From contig BQFW01000002.1 of NCBI GenBank assembly GCA_020891255.1, positions 2,728,001-2,792,000 on the forward strand: 64,000 nt of DNA. Direction: 5' to 3'. The translations under genes were made by a program, and so were the position numbers. The DNA comes from Entomortierella parvispora E1425 (taxonomy: Eukaryota; Fungi; Mortierellomycota). The notes under the pieces are model-generated. The model had not been told where the DNA came from and searched no databases. It was given only the letters and a program-made list of their open reading frames with translations. This document shows positions 26,934-39,330 of the stretch, piece after piece. Every line of letters begins with the position of its first letter. Position 1 is the stretch's first letter.

Positions 26934-27669
26934 TTGTTTATGAGTGTGTTGGATGTTGAGTGTTGAGTGGGTGTAGTGTGTGTAAGAGAAAGAGAAGGAG
27001 GGGGATCTTCAAACTGTGAAGCATTGTGGTCATGGCATTTATTTCTCCCCAATCATCCTGATACAGGCGTTATATGAAGAGATGAAGAGATGTCACCCCA
27101 GCTTGGCTCTCACGATGCAGGGTACAGAGCAAGGGTTGATGCCAAGTGGCGCTTAACAACAAAAGACGAGCGAACAGTCTATCCCACAAAAAGGAAAAAA
27201 AAAGCCTGTGGTAAGGCGTCAATAATGATGAACGAACAAAGGAAGCGTAGCTGGACTGGGAAAGCTTGAAATAGCAGGGTTCAGTGATACAATGGCACAG
27301 TGAATGACAGCCATGGTCGTACAAGGGGCGCTCCAATGTACAGCTATTAGCCATCAATGAGCAGGAGAGATTCAAGTTATGTTTTTTTTTTTTCAAGACA
27401 ACCTGGCGCATGGCTCAGAAGGAAAAATTGTCCCATCCGATGTGCAACGGAACACACGACGACGCGTCTAAGCCAAGTCTGTGCGCAGATCGGAACCAAA
27501 AGAATGCCTAATCATTTGGGCGACAGCCCACAAAGTCCTCCCGTGCCAAGACTTTCACTTCCAGTCCTCGTCACTGTCCAACAGCCCTTCGAAAAATGCC
27601 AAGAAAAAGTACGTTTATGTATAATACTGGGATGCTTGATAAGCTTGAGTGGATACGATATCAGATAGT

Positions 27670-30600
27670 TTACGAGTCAATACCGTTTTGGTAACGGAAA
27701 ACTCCCTCCTCCAGGTCAGACACCACAATGGCTGTCTGTTCGCTTGGCGCACCAAACTCCGTATGAAATCCATGACCATGAGCGATGCCAAAATCCAAGC
27801 CAAGACCGGTCGCCGCTGTCGTTGCCATTAGTCCCTTCTTCCCAGAAGTGTCGACGATGTTACTGCAATTGCTGTGGCTGGAGTCCAAAACCATGAAAGC
27901 ATCCACGCCGTGTTTCTTTTGACGATGGACGAGTGCCGCATCCCGATTGCTAGGCCCAAAACTGGTCAAGATCAGTCCTGACTCTTTGATATTTGTAATC
28001 AACCCTGGGACTTGGATCTAGAAGAAAAAGGGGGTTTTCTTAGGACAGTCAAATTTCGCTGATGAGAGGACAAGGCCTAAATCAACATGAACCAAACAAC
28101 ATACCAAAGGTGTGGCCTCACATATGACGCCCAACATATTGTTGCTCCTAGCAAACTTAATGGCCTCCTTAATAGACGTACACCGCCTATCCTCTTCATT
28201 GAACCAGGTCAAAGTCTCGTCACTAGCACCTGTAGACAGGTTGGCGATATAGGCTGAAGATCGTGAGATGGGTGGAGAGCTGGTCACACTCATGGGAGAG
28301 GACTGTGTTGTATCCGCTGGCGGTTGATGTGGTCCATGTACAGCCGAGTCCCCTGCAGTTGTGGAGGTCAGACTTGAGAAGATACCAGTGACAGGCCCGT
28401 GCTTTGGAGAAGGGAACGAATCTAGGTTCACAACCGACTCCTTGCGTTTGGATCCAACTCGTACATTGCTCTGCGCCGTCCCTGTCACCCTGATCTTGTT
28501 GTATCCACCATGGGTACTGAAGAACACAGCATCTATAAAAAAAAAGGTGATGGCGTTAAGATAAGCTAAACCAAATTGGCGTTATACATGACATGGACGG
28601 CGACTACGTTACAGTTGGGTTGTTTCCAGTTCACGGCGGAACAGATCACAGGGTTGAATGACGAAAACATGAACCGGCGATGATGAGTTGTCGAAGAAGA
28701 ATCGTAGACGGTTTCAAGAATGGTGTCAACAAACTTGTTGAACTCGATTGTGCTGGTCAGCCTGTGGTGCTTCTTCTCTGATACGGTTGGATATTTCAGT
28801 TCGACATTGACGCCCACGTTCTTGGGTAGAATCTAGAGAAATAAAGCATACGAAACCATTTGTTAGAGGTCGATCCCATGCACTAGTGCGCATCTCGATC
28901 AGTGTTAGCGTTACCTTCAAAGCCTGATCCAGACTCATCCATCGTTCGTATATCTTGCGTCTCCAAAGACCGCTTGTCCAAGATGCTCTCTCGTGAGCGG
29001 AGGCCTTATCCAGATCGTCTGCGGTAGTTCTCTGATGGAGAACAGCCTCGTACCTCTTGAACTGCTCAAAAGACACATCTGAAATCGAGAGGTCGAATCC
29101 GGGGACTGGCAAGAGCCAGTCAGAGAATACGACTGGGACATAGTCCCGTGTCATCTGGATTGACAGCTGAATGTATTCTCCTGAGAGAGAAGACGCTGTG
29201 ATAAAGGACGGAATCATATTCCCAGAGAGTGTCGGTTGTGTTGATGAAGTTGGATGTGGCAATATACCCTTTGAAGTCGAGGTGCTAACAGGCTGGATCG
29301 CGGCATCTTCACCAGTAGGTGCTGCAGATGTTGATGCTGCATTTATGGCGTCAATTGTGTTCGTCGACTTCCAGTATGTCTCCAGTCTTCCCCCGACTTC
29401 CAATCGCACTCCTTGGAAAGGCCTGACGACCGAAAACTCAAACGCAAGCTCCCCGACGACTTTGAGATGAGAGTCTAAAAGAGGCAGGATGCCCTTGCCA
29501 ACCGACAGCTCCTTCGAGGAAAACATACTAGGCAGAGCAACAGCACGACCGATCGGCTTGGATCCGTAAGTAGGAAAAATGTCAAACTCGATGGTAAACT
29601 GTTTGAGCGAGTCGACCTGAAATCCGTAAACTTTTCTGCTCTCTCCCAGAGGAAGAATCACATTGTGTGGGATCATTCCAGTATCCGGGCGCGACGATAT
29701 GACCAGTTTGAGCGAAGAGATCTGTGCCGTACCATAGAGTCGCACGGGGACGTGGCGCGAGCTGGCGGCATCTGCGGTGCCATGTCCAAGCGTCAAGTTG
29801 ATCTGATATCTCTTGTCAAGATAGTTGTGCCCGTAGATCCTGAAAGGGATGATGGGCGGCGGAAGCGATAGGGAGGGGATCATGTCCATGTCTACATCTT
29901 GGTCGTCGTTGTCAGCTGTAGGGCCTAGCGGCTGCGATTCCAGTTCCGACACAGTCTCAGGCCACGTTGCAGTTGCCATCATACCCGAGGTCGACAATGG
30001 AGCAGGCGTTGACATTACACTATCCTCTGGACGCCCCAGCCCATCAGATGTTCCCTCCACCTTTCCTCCGGCATTCACCATCAGCTCCACACAATCTGCA
30101 TGGCCCTCGCTGGCAGCATAGTAGATCGGAGTCTTCTTGTGCTCGTCCACCACATTGACATCGCAGCCAGCTTCCAGCAGAATTTTGACACACTCCACAT
30201 GCCCTTCGCTCGCTGAGTAGAAGAGCGGAGTCCAACACATGTACTTATCCTCCTGGTCCAACTGGGCGCCCCCCGTTGTCAGAGTCTTGGTCAATCTAAC
30301 ATGTCCCTCTCGACATGTGATATGAAGCGGTTCCAGTCCATCCGCATTGCAAGCTCGTACATTCGCGCCGCGTCCGATCAGCATCATGGCAATGTCTTCG
30401 TGGCCAAACTGGCAGGCCAATCCTAACGGGATGGGATCTCCTTCACGGCTGGCCTCGATCTCGACGCCACTGTTCAAAAACAGCTCTACACATCGAGAGT
30501 GTCCGTTCATGATCGAATAGATCAAAGGTCGAAATCCGTCATGGTCTGTTGCTGTCATGGATACTTTCAAGGACAATAGGTAATCTGCGCAATCGGAGTA

Positions 30601-31983
30601 CCCATACATGGAGACATAGTGCAATGGTCTCCTTCCATAGACATCCGAGCACTCGGAATTGATGCCGTGCTCAACGCAGAGCTTCAAAAGATCGAGTCGG
30701 CCCACCATGGCTGCTTCATGGAGGCAGGTCCTGTCGCTAATATCGTCGATAAATTTGAAGTCGACAAGGCCAGTTTGAACAAGGAGTTGAATCGCTGCAT
30801 CTGGAGCATCCTTTTCTGAACAGCATCTCCAGAAAACTCGGGTGATCACTTCGCGGGCATTATTGAGTTCCAAGCGGTTGAGGTGAATGCCCACCCTCGC
30901 TTCCTTTTCCACTGCCTTTGCATTGATAGAAAGCGCCGTTGGGGTGGTGACACGGCGATCCAGCAGCTCCTGGACAGCCGAAACTTGCGCGGTGGTGACA
31001 GCGTTAAAGAGATCTGTTTCCAACTCGTCCATCTGTTGCTGGACTGGCGAGAAGCCGGACTCGAGGGTATAGGACTGTGAGGGTAATCCTGTGACGGGAC
31101 TCGATGGGGCTGAGAGAGACCGGCTCTGTTGAAGATTCTCCAGTCCAAGCAGATGCATTGCAGCATCATCTGCCAGTTCGACCATGGCGTCTTGACTGAA
31201 GCAGGGTTGCAGGTCGATCTGCCGCGCCAAGTAGAGTTCTTTCGTAGTCGATTTTGATCTCTTGTCCCATTTCTTCAGGATCTTTCTAAAGCCAGTGCCG
31301 TTGGTCTCGACAAATTTCTAAATGAAGATGACTCTGTCATGAGCTACTCGGTCCATCCCAGCACAAGAGATACTACAGAAGACATATCGGGGTCGTTTAC
31401 CTGCAGCTTGCTCAGATCCTGCTCAAACTGACGAAATGCCTCCTGTAACGAGTGAATCGAAGATCCCGTTCCTGGACGTCCCTGTCTTGAGAGTAGGACC
31501 TTTTCTTTATCAATCAAAGACCTTAACCGGACCTTGAGCTCCGACTCTTTCTGAAGATAGAATGCATTGACCTGTTTTATCGTAGGACTGATGAGTGCCG
31601 ATCAACAAGTCAGGTGGGCAAAAGCAATAAGTCCTACTCACCTTCTCCAGTTCTCGCTCCAACCTGAAGAAAAACTCTGCTTTTTGGAACTGAAGGAATT
31701 TCGAATGCTCGTCCTCAGCTTGCTCTGTTTGCACAGGAGTTGATCTCGGCAGGGGAGATGCCGCAACCATGACTGATACCTGAGTCTTTTCCTGCAGCAG
31801 AGAGTTTATGATCTTTTTCAGACCCTTGTAGCTCATGTAATGGCTCTGCCATTCTGGAATCTGCTGGATTTGTATCTGTTTTCCAAACTAAAGGAAGAAA
31901 GAGAGAAGGCAAGGTCGGTCAGAGGCGAGGGGGGATTATCGAGATGAAGCGAGCGGTGAACAAAGTAAAGAGCATGCCTTCAT
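27670..31983 (-). CDS. PHO81: SPX-ankyrin-GDPD-like CDK inhibitor of the PHO pathway (Pho81/NUC-2 type), 7 exons
   Basis: MK|FGKQ...YMSYKGLKK SPX domain, ankyrin repeats, LPPPIIPFRIYGHNYLD, and a degenerate GDPD (SFITASSLSGEYIQLSIQMTRDYVPVVF; no HRG motif), which favours Pho81/NUC-2 over Gde1. Intron 1 is GC-AG. Confidence 0.88.
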
Positions 31984-32259
31984 GTTTGGCTATTCTTCAC
32001 CAAAGGAACTGGTATGATTGTGATGCTGAGGAGGAGCGAAGAAGAGAGAGAAAAACACAAGACCGTGAGAGCGGGAACAACAGAGAAGCAACAACAAAAA
32101 AGGGAGAGAGAAAGAGTGAGTGAGGTGGGCGGACAGGTCATCGTTGCTCGCTCCATTCCGAAGAAGATGCGTCCTTCCCTCGCTGGACATTCGTTCATCA
32201 TTCCACTCGGACCAAGTAAGCCCGAATAAGGTTCTGTCGCTATGGAGGCGCGTCATTGC

Positions 32260-32268
32260 AAAACGTGC
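32260..32268 (-). promoter_or_regulatory. Pho4-type site GCACGTTTT upstream of PHO81
   Basis: Matches the yeast low-affinity Pho4 site, about 280 nt upstream of the PHO81 ATG. Single occurrence. Confidence 0.35.
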
Positions 32269-32403
32269 GAGCAAGGACGATTCTGACTGAAGGGGACGAG
32301 AAAGGGGCACAGATGTGTATTTGTCTTTTTTTTCTTTTCTGTCTGGGGGGTGTCTATGGGGGTTGGTCGTAACAAATAAAATATATAATAATCCCTCACT
32401 CCA

Positions 32404-33198
32404 TCATGCCGATGGTGATGAGGGGGATCCTGAGGATCCAGACGAGGACCAGGGAAGAGAAAAGCTCCCCCAGCCACTCTTCTTGATTGGCTGTGGAGGC
32501 AGCGCTGCCTGTGGCTGATCTATTAAAATGTACTCATCCTGGTGCTCGGGATGGCCAAGTTGGTGGTGTTGGTGGTGAAAGTCATAGGAAGACTGCAATG
32601 GTGTCGCTGCCGAAGATCTACTGTTGTGGGACTGTGATGAAGAGCCTTGTGATGATAGCGTTGAATCCGAAGAAACGACTGTGCTCCCGCTGCTGCTGGA
32701 AGCGGGAGGCGATGGATCTGCAGGGAAGGTTCGGACCATGGGTTCATCTGCGATTTGCAGGACGAATCCCCCCGAGGCATTACCGATCCCGATTTCCTGT
32801 CCCGTGTACGGCGTATGGCTCCGCAGACGCAAACTTACGTCCAAGATTTCGTTGAGTGTCTTCCTCAGCAAGACGTTCTCTTTCCTCATTTCATCCATTT
32901 TGTGCTCTGTGGCGATTTCAAGCCCCTTCAGTTCCTCCCGCAGCTCCTCCGACATCAAAAGCAGGTTGTCTAACGTCTCGTCCACATGGTTCTTGCGATC
33001 GCGTGCGTTCATTCGGGACCTTTATGAAGTGAGAGGAGAGGGATGAATATCTACACAAAGACGGCTTGCATTTGACCAATTGTTGTTCGTTCCATTATAT
33101 ATACCTTGCGTTTTCTAGAATGATAAGAGATCCTGCGACTCCAAAGATGAATGCCTCACTGAGAAAGTTGGCGCCCATCTCCACAGCTCTAATTTACC

Positions 33199-33229
<31 letters not shown>

Positions 33230-33716
33230 CGATCAGCCACAGATCCTCATTTCATCCTACAGCTTCAGGGCGCCACTCCTTACCTAGCGTCGTTCAGAGG
33301 TCGAATCGACTCTACTTTGTATCCGAGGAACTTCATTTTGAGCTGCATTTCAGTCTTGTGGGAGAACTATTGAATAAAAATATGCAGCAGCGCGGGTCAG
33401 ATCGCCATGGATTTTGTGAGGTCCAAAGTGTCCCTGGTATGACGACTAAGGGCTTCCTGAGCAAGAGACTTGCCTGAGCGACTCCAATACATGCTTCCTT
33501 GAACCTGTTCAAGTTGGAAATATCAAAACTCCTAGTCAGCAGCTGCTAGCTTACGGCTACGACGCGAAAGGAAATAAAAAAGCGATCCTGAGTCAAAGCT
33601 GTGGACTTCAGGGCGAAGTCTTACTTTGGGTGCTTGACACTGTAGGATTTAATCGAGTTTGCGATCGGCTTGGCGATGGTCCTGATCGCAAGGAAGCCCA
33701 GTTTTATGGCGGACAT
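32404..33716 (-). CDS. OPA3: OPA3-like mitochondrial protein with extended low-complexity C-terminus, 5 exons
   Basis: Spliced N-terminus MSAIKLGFLAIRTIAKPIANSIKSYSVKHPK|FKEACIGVAQ|FSHKTEMQLKMKFLGYKVESIRPLNDAR|AVEMGANFLSEAFIFGVAGSLIILENAR matches the OPA3 family. Intron 2 is GC-AG. Confidence 0.9.
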
Positions 33717-34027
33717 CCTTCAAGGTTGGTGGACAATGAGTGTTCCGGTAGGAAGGAGCAGGTTTCGCGATGAATGTCGTTGGTCTCCAAGAACAAAAGA
33801 GATGGCGACGCTTTTAGGATGGTCCTGTCGTCGTTGGAATGGTGTCCTTGTCCAGATTCTGCGCGGGTGAAGCGGTGGTGGCGTGTCCGAGAGTGTTGTT
33901 GATGAAAGAAGGGAAGGAGGGCTTCTGTCCGAGTCGTTCCTTCTTTACCCTCTCCGGCAGACTGCATACCAGGAAAGGCCCTGTCGTTCATTCCCTTTCC
34001 TGGACATCCCCAAACCACCCGCCTGTC

Positions 34028-34035
34028 TGACGTCA
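34028..34035. promoter_or_regulatory. CRE/ATF palindrome TGACGTCA in the OPA3/VMA10 bidirectional promoter
   Basis: Perfect palindrome in the 443-nt divergent intergenic region. Confidence 0.4.
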
Positions 34036-34159
34036 CGGAAGCAATGGCCCTGGGCCAGACGGTGACGAGGACATGCATTCCTCCCCACTTCTCTCCCCTC
34101 GCTCTCCCACCCTTTCTGCCTTTCTCTTTTCTCTCAGCTCTTCATCTCATCAACATCAA

Positions 34160-34915
34160 ATGGTGCGCCAGGAACCTAGTCATCGCTCTCCTTTGCTCAA
34201 CAGGGACTACATGCGGACCCCCGAGCGCTAACACTTGCTGTTCTTTGCATGCTTCTAGGCAGCATCAAACTCCACAGGAATTCAGACTCTTCTCGAGGCC
34301 GAGAAGGAAGCCTCCAAGATTGTCCAGAAGGCCCGCCAATGTAACGCACATGCCAGAAAGGAGACGCCACTCCTGTTGTCCCCTGAGAACAATTCCATTC
34401 AACGCTGCACGTACTGATCGCCCAACCTGTTTCTGTATATCTTAGACCGTGTCCAAAGGCTGAAGGATGCCCGTGCTGAGGCAGCAAAGGAAATCGAAGA
34501 ATTGAAGGCGGCCAAGAACGAGGCATTCAAGGGCTTTGAACTGGAGGTGAGGAAAAGATACAGGATGCATCGCTTTTCAAGTCAGGAAAACCAAGATCCA
34601 CAGGATAATGGCTGATATATGCTCATGGAGAAGACCTCGCACTGGAACAGGGATATTTCGTTTTTTTTTTTTTTTTACTGAACATGACCACTGACTCTGT
34701 GGGTCATGTTGCCTCTCCTATCTGTTGTCATTCATTTTTTTTAGCACGCTGGATCATCGGACGAGACAACACATCGTGTCGAGGTCGAAACTGAGCAAAA
34801 GCGTGTCCAGATCGAGGCTGCATTCGCCCAGAACCGCGAGGCTGTTCTTCAGAAGCTCTTGGAGACCGTTTACACTGTCGAGCCCAAGATCCACCCCAAC
34901 GCTCGTTTCAACTAG
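34160..34915 (+). CDS. VMA10: V-type ATPase subunit G
   Basis: ATG-only first exon, then AASNSTGIQTLLEAEKEASKIVQKARQY|RVQRLKDARAEAAKEIEE...VEPKIHPNARFN-stop. Three introns. Confidence 0.95.
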
Positions 34916-35403
34916 ATCAGTTACAGTCTTAACAGCAAATCACCTGTCTTACCTGGATGGATGATCACCTACATCAAAAACCAAGGAACTCTTTATTTTA
35001 GATCCTGCAGTGTCGATTGATCCAGTCCAACTCAACTCTCGCCAATGAACATACCTCTCCCTCCCCCTCTGACTCCCCACCCATGTATCTTCTCTCCATG
35101 TTGATTCTGTAAAGCTGATTAAAGGCAACCTCTTTCTTCTCTGCTCCCGGTGGTTCATCTTCTATTTCTACTTGTTTTGTGGAAATGAGGAATTGGGATG
35201 AGATCTGAACGATGCTCCTTTTGCAGCCATTAACAGACCCTGAACAACTAGAGTTGTATCAAAAAAAAAAGTACGGCTACATTCTCAGGAAAGACGCCAG
35301 TGCACGATGGTTATATTTGAGTGCTATAGCTATGCGATTATCTGCCTCTGTTTCTAAAATGCAATGGGAGGGAAAGAAACAAAAGGGCCAGCCTTCTCTT
35401 TTT

Positions 35404-37783
35404 TTATGCGTCCTTGGTGTATGCAGCGTCGTGGACCTTCTGAGCACGGCCCGAAGGATCGGCGGGGCATCCCCAGTCACCTCTTGGGATCCAGCGGACA
35501 ACAGACTCTGTGCAGGCCTCCTGAGGGAACCACTGCTCAAAGACCTCGCGGTACCAGTAAGCCTCCTTGGTCTGAGGAGTGTCTTTGGGCCAACGCTCAG
35601 AAGCCTTGGCAAAGTCCTCATCCGAGACCTTGGTCAAAGCAGTGTCCTTGAGGGTATCGATCCAGCTATAGCCGACACCGTCCGAGAACTGCTCCTTCTG
35701 ACGCCAGAGAATCGAGTCGGGCAAGTAGGGCTGGGCGGTGGGATCGTCCGAGGTGTCAAAGGCCTTGCGGAGGATGTGCTTCTCCATCTTGCCCTTAAAT
35801 GACATCTTCTCCTTGGGATCAACGTTCATGGCAACCTCCAAGAAGGACTTGTCCAAGAAGGGGACACGAGCCTCGACACCCCAGGCCATTGTTGACTTGT
35901 TGGCACGCAAGCAATCGGCGTAGTGCAAGTTCTTGACACGGTTGACAGTCTCGGTGTGGAGATCGGCGGCGGATGGGGCGGCATGGAAGTAAAGGTATCC
36001 TCCAAAGATCTCGTCGGCACCCTCTCCAGAGAGGACCATCTTGACACCCATGGCCTTGATCTTTCTGCTGAGCAAGTACATGGGGGTAGAGGCACGGATA
36101 GTGGTGACATCGTATGTCTCCAAGTGGTAGACAACATCTGCAATGGCGTCCAATCCATCCTGCACAGTAAACGTGTATTCGTGGTGCACAGTCTTTAAGA
36201 AGTCGGCGGCAACACGAGCAGCGGCAAGATCAGGCGAGCCCTCGAGACCGATCGAGAAAGAGTGGAGTCTTGGCCATGAGGCAACAGCACTCTCATCAAC
36301 ATCATCACCATCGCGGTTCAATGGAGTCTGGCCAGCGATAATCTTTTGGGTCTCTCTTGCGGCGATAGAGGCAATCAAGGAAGAATCCAAACCTCCACTG
36401 AGCAAGACTCCGTAGGGAACCTCTGACATGAGTCTCTTGCGGACGGCCTTCTCGAGGGACTCGCGGATCAAGGTGTAGTCAACGGGCTGAGTAGGGATCT
36501 TCTCGCCATCCCACCAGGTAGGATCAAAATACCGTGTGGTCTCACCAGTCTCGGAATCAAAGATGTGGCCGGGAGGGAAGGCAATAATACGATCGCACTC
36601 CTCGTTCAAGGCCTTGAGTTCAGAAGAAAAGTAGAGGGTTCCAGGCTGTTTGCTGTTCCATCCCTGGTAGAGAGTGGTGATTCCGATGGGGTCTCTGGCG
36701 GCGAGGATACGGTTCTTCTTCTTGTCCAAGAGAACCCAAGAGAACATGCCGTCGAGGTGTTTTACAACATCGGGGCCGATTTGCTTGTACTATGAGAGTG
36801 AAAAATATAAGGAACGGTCAGTTTATCTCTTTTTCTTTCATTCTCCTTTTTCTGATCAAAGAAAGGATTCTTTGATCGATGCGATCTGTTTTCGAACGCA
36901 GCGATAAGATTTCCGCCATTTCCGCCAGTGAGTATTGTTTGTCCCATGTGAAACCACAAAATAGGGTGCATCAACTTACGAGGTGAAGAATGGCTTCGCA
37001 GTCAGACTGGGTCTTGAAGTGCGTCTCAGCAGGGCACATCTTGCGAAGAGCGCGATGGTTGTAGATCTCTCCGTTGACAGACAAGATGACTGACTCATCG
37101 TCGTTGGTCAAGGGCTGGGCACCGGATTCTATTGCAGAATAGTTGTTTCATGGTTAATGATGAGGGCCACTTATTTTTGTTGTTGTTGTTGTTTGCGATC
37201 CATTGTCTTGATTCCAATCAACTACAGCCTCTCTCAGAGACTGAATTCTTCTTTTTTGTCCGTCATGGCATCAAGAGGTCGCATCCACGATCCAGCCATC
37301 ATAGTCATCGTCCTTGATCGCGATTATAATAAAAAAGAAAATTCTCCGGAACAAACTGAGTTCTGGAGATTAAAATAATCTCCGGCCGCTCTGCCGTTTG
37401 CGCGATCCTGTTTGGCTGCAAGTCTATTCAAGACAGGTGCTCCAGTTTTTTCGCCGCCTGTTTGTTGGCTGGTAACCGGTGCCATTCGCTCATTCATATT
37501 TAAAGATCTGACTCACCAACACCAACAATGGCCAAACGCTCGTGGCAAAGAATGTGGTTGCCGGTAACGACGCATCCGCTCCAGTCGGGACCACGGTGAC
37601 GAAGCCTGTGATTTGCAAGATGGGGAGGAGTCAGAAACTGTTGAGGACAACACGATCCGCACCAACGGATCGGATCAATTGAGCTGAATAAAAGAGATCA
37701 TACTTCTTGGACAAATAGAGAGCACGCTGGCGGTAGGCGTTGGCATCGCCGGGCAAGTTGAAAATAGCAAAAATGCCACACAT
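35404..37783 (-). CDS. ASN1: Glutamine-dependent asparagine synthetase
   Basis: MCGIF Ntn-amidotransferase start, [29 protein letters not shown] and EARVPFLD. Three introns. Confidence 0.97.
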
Positions 37784-38008
37784 GATGGAAGAATAGAAGA
37801 GAGTGTGATGGATGAGGTTATTAGGGAGAGAGAATACCGCGTAAGGATAGAGGGAAAAGAAGCAAAGAGGGAAAAGAAGCAAAGAGAGAAAGCAAGCGAG
37901 AGAGAAGAGGGGGGGAGTGAATGAAGGATGAAGAGCGAGGAATGAAGAAAGAAAGAAGCGGGATCGAAGGTCTCTTTATATCGACAGAGGACGAGACCGA
38001 AAAGTCTC

Positions 38009-38122
38009 TGACTCGACAGTTTTTTTTTTTTTGCATCTGTGCATGTGTCACACACAGGGCGATTTAGGAGTTGTGCGTGCCCTCCCTCATATACACCTTA
38101 TCGGGTTTTTTTGTGGTGACTC
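38009..38122. promoter_or_regulatory. Two Gcn4/Cpc1-type TGACTC sites upstream of ASN1
   Basis: TGACTC at 38009-38014 and 38117-38122, 230-340 nt upstream of the ATG. This fits general amino-acid control of ASN genes. Confidence 0.4.
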
Positions 38123-38337
38123 GCCCAGAAACCGATTTTTGCCACCAACTTGTACTTGTTTCTTGTATGAATCCGCCGTTTTGATCCCAAGCCGCTCATC
38201 ACTGGTCCGACAACTTTTTATTTTGCTGCTGTGTTGAGCTTGCTAGACTGTCCCAGAGTACATGAGCGGGGCTACGACTAAAGGGCAGCGATGCCGGGGA
38301 GAACTGGGGTCTCTGCCCCAATTTACAGCCCTTGTCA

Positions 38338-38580
38338 CTACGACAGGCGCAGCACCAAGTGCACCACACATCCTTCCTCCAGATGGTACTCCTTTGGTGT
38401 GACCGAATCCTCCAATATCTTTCCGGCAAACACAAGCACTATTCGATCAATGGGCAGATCCGACATCTCCTCCAGCTTCCACTTCAGGTGAGAGACAGTG
38501 GCCGTCGTCGTGTCGATGTCCTCGATCGGGAAACAGGTGCCGGTAAGTGTCCTGAGGGTGAAATTTAGGGTGGTGGTCAT
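38338..38580 (-). CDS. Small ubiquitin-like (beta-grasp) protein lacking the C-terminal di-Gly, 80 aa, intronless
   Basis: TLRTLTG...LKWKLEEMSDLPIDRIVLVFAGKILED...EYHLEEGCVVHLVLRLS-stop aligns with ubiquitin (VKTLTG...QRLIFAGKQLED...DYNIQKESTLHLVLRLRGG). Confidence 0.8.
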   Translation of the reverse strand: MTTTLNFTLRTLTGTCFPIEDIDTTTATVSHLKWKLEEMSDLPIDRIVLVFAGKILEDSVTPKEYHLEEGCVVHLVLRLS

Positions 38581-39330
38581 TATCAGTTTTCTTTTCAAAG
38601 CACAGGAATGCGGACGTGGCTGGGCGAGGGGCGAAGCTTTCAGAGAACGTTCTTTTTATTGCTGAGGCGCACTGCCACAACGAGTATCTGTCATGGTTCA
38701 GGCCTGGGCAGCTAAACCAACTGTATATATGAACTCACTGCCACCTGAACTCACCTTCGCCCTCCTTCACGACAAAACAATCCTTAGAATCCTCCTCCCC
38801 CACACTCCACCCCTCAGAGCACCCTCATCCCCCATAGCACTCATCCTTAATATAGTAAATGGTAGCTTTAGTTCTCGTCGGATCAAGACCAAGACTACGC
38901 ACCAGAGTAAGACCCAGAGCCAGCCCGTGACCATGCATCCTTTCTCGCCGATGCAACAACCCCTGTCGAACGCAGAAGAGCCACCACAGCATTTCACAGA
39001 TATCGGCGGGACCAGCTGCAAGAGCCTATTGGCACTTTTGTCCAAGCGACCATTCCGATAGCAACTCTGGTTGGAGTGGTAGTTGGATCATTGGTGGTGG
39101 ACCAGGCTACTGCTCAGGTGTTACGAGACGCTCAACTCATCCCAACGACACTCACAACAAGACACCTACAGTTTTCATCACAGAAGAGCGGGGAGCGATG
39201 GCGCCTGGCAGACAGACTAGACCGAGATGTCGTATATATGGAAATGCAAAGTCTTATTATTGTACATTGGATTAGTTATAGAGATGATGCTGTATGAGGA
39301 TCTATGGTAGTATCAAAGCGCGCGGTTCAT

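Noticed and set aside
27670-31983. Calling the SPX-ANK-GDPD gene GDE1
   Set aside because: The GDPD catalytic HRG region is missing and the motifs match Pho81/NUC-2.
33198-33227. Long poly(A)/poly(T) tracts here and in many introns (e.g. 23829, 40536, 44858, 59246)
   Set aside because: They recur as intronic polypyrimidine-type tracts without TSDs, so they are not retroelement tails.
38690-39300. Open frames between the Ubl and MFS genes
   Set aside because: No convincing start, splice pattern or homology. Overlaps the probable MFS 3' UTR and Ubl promoter.
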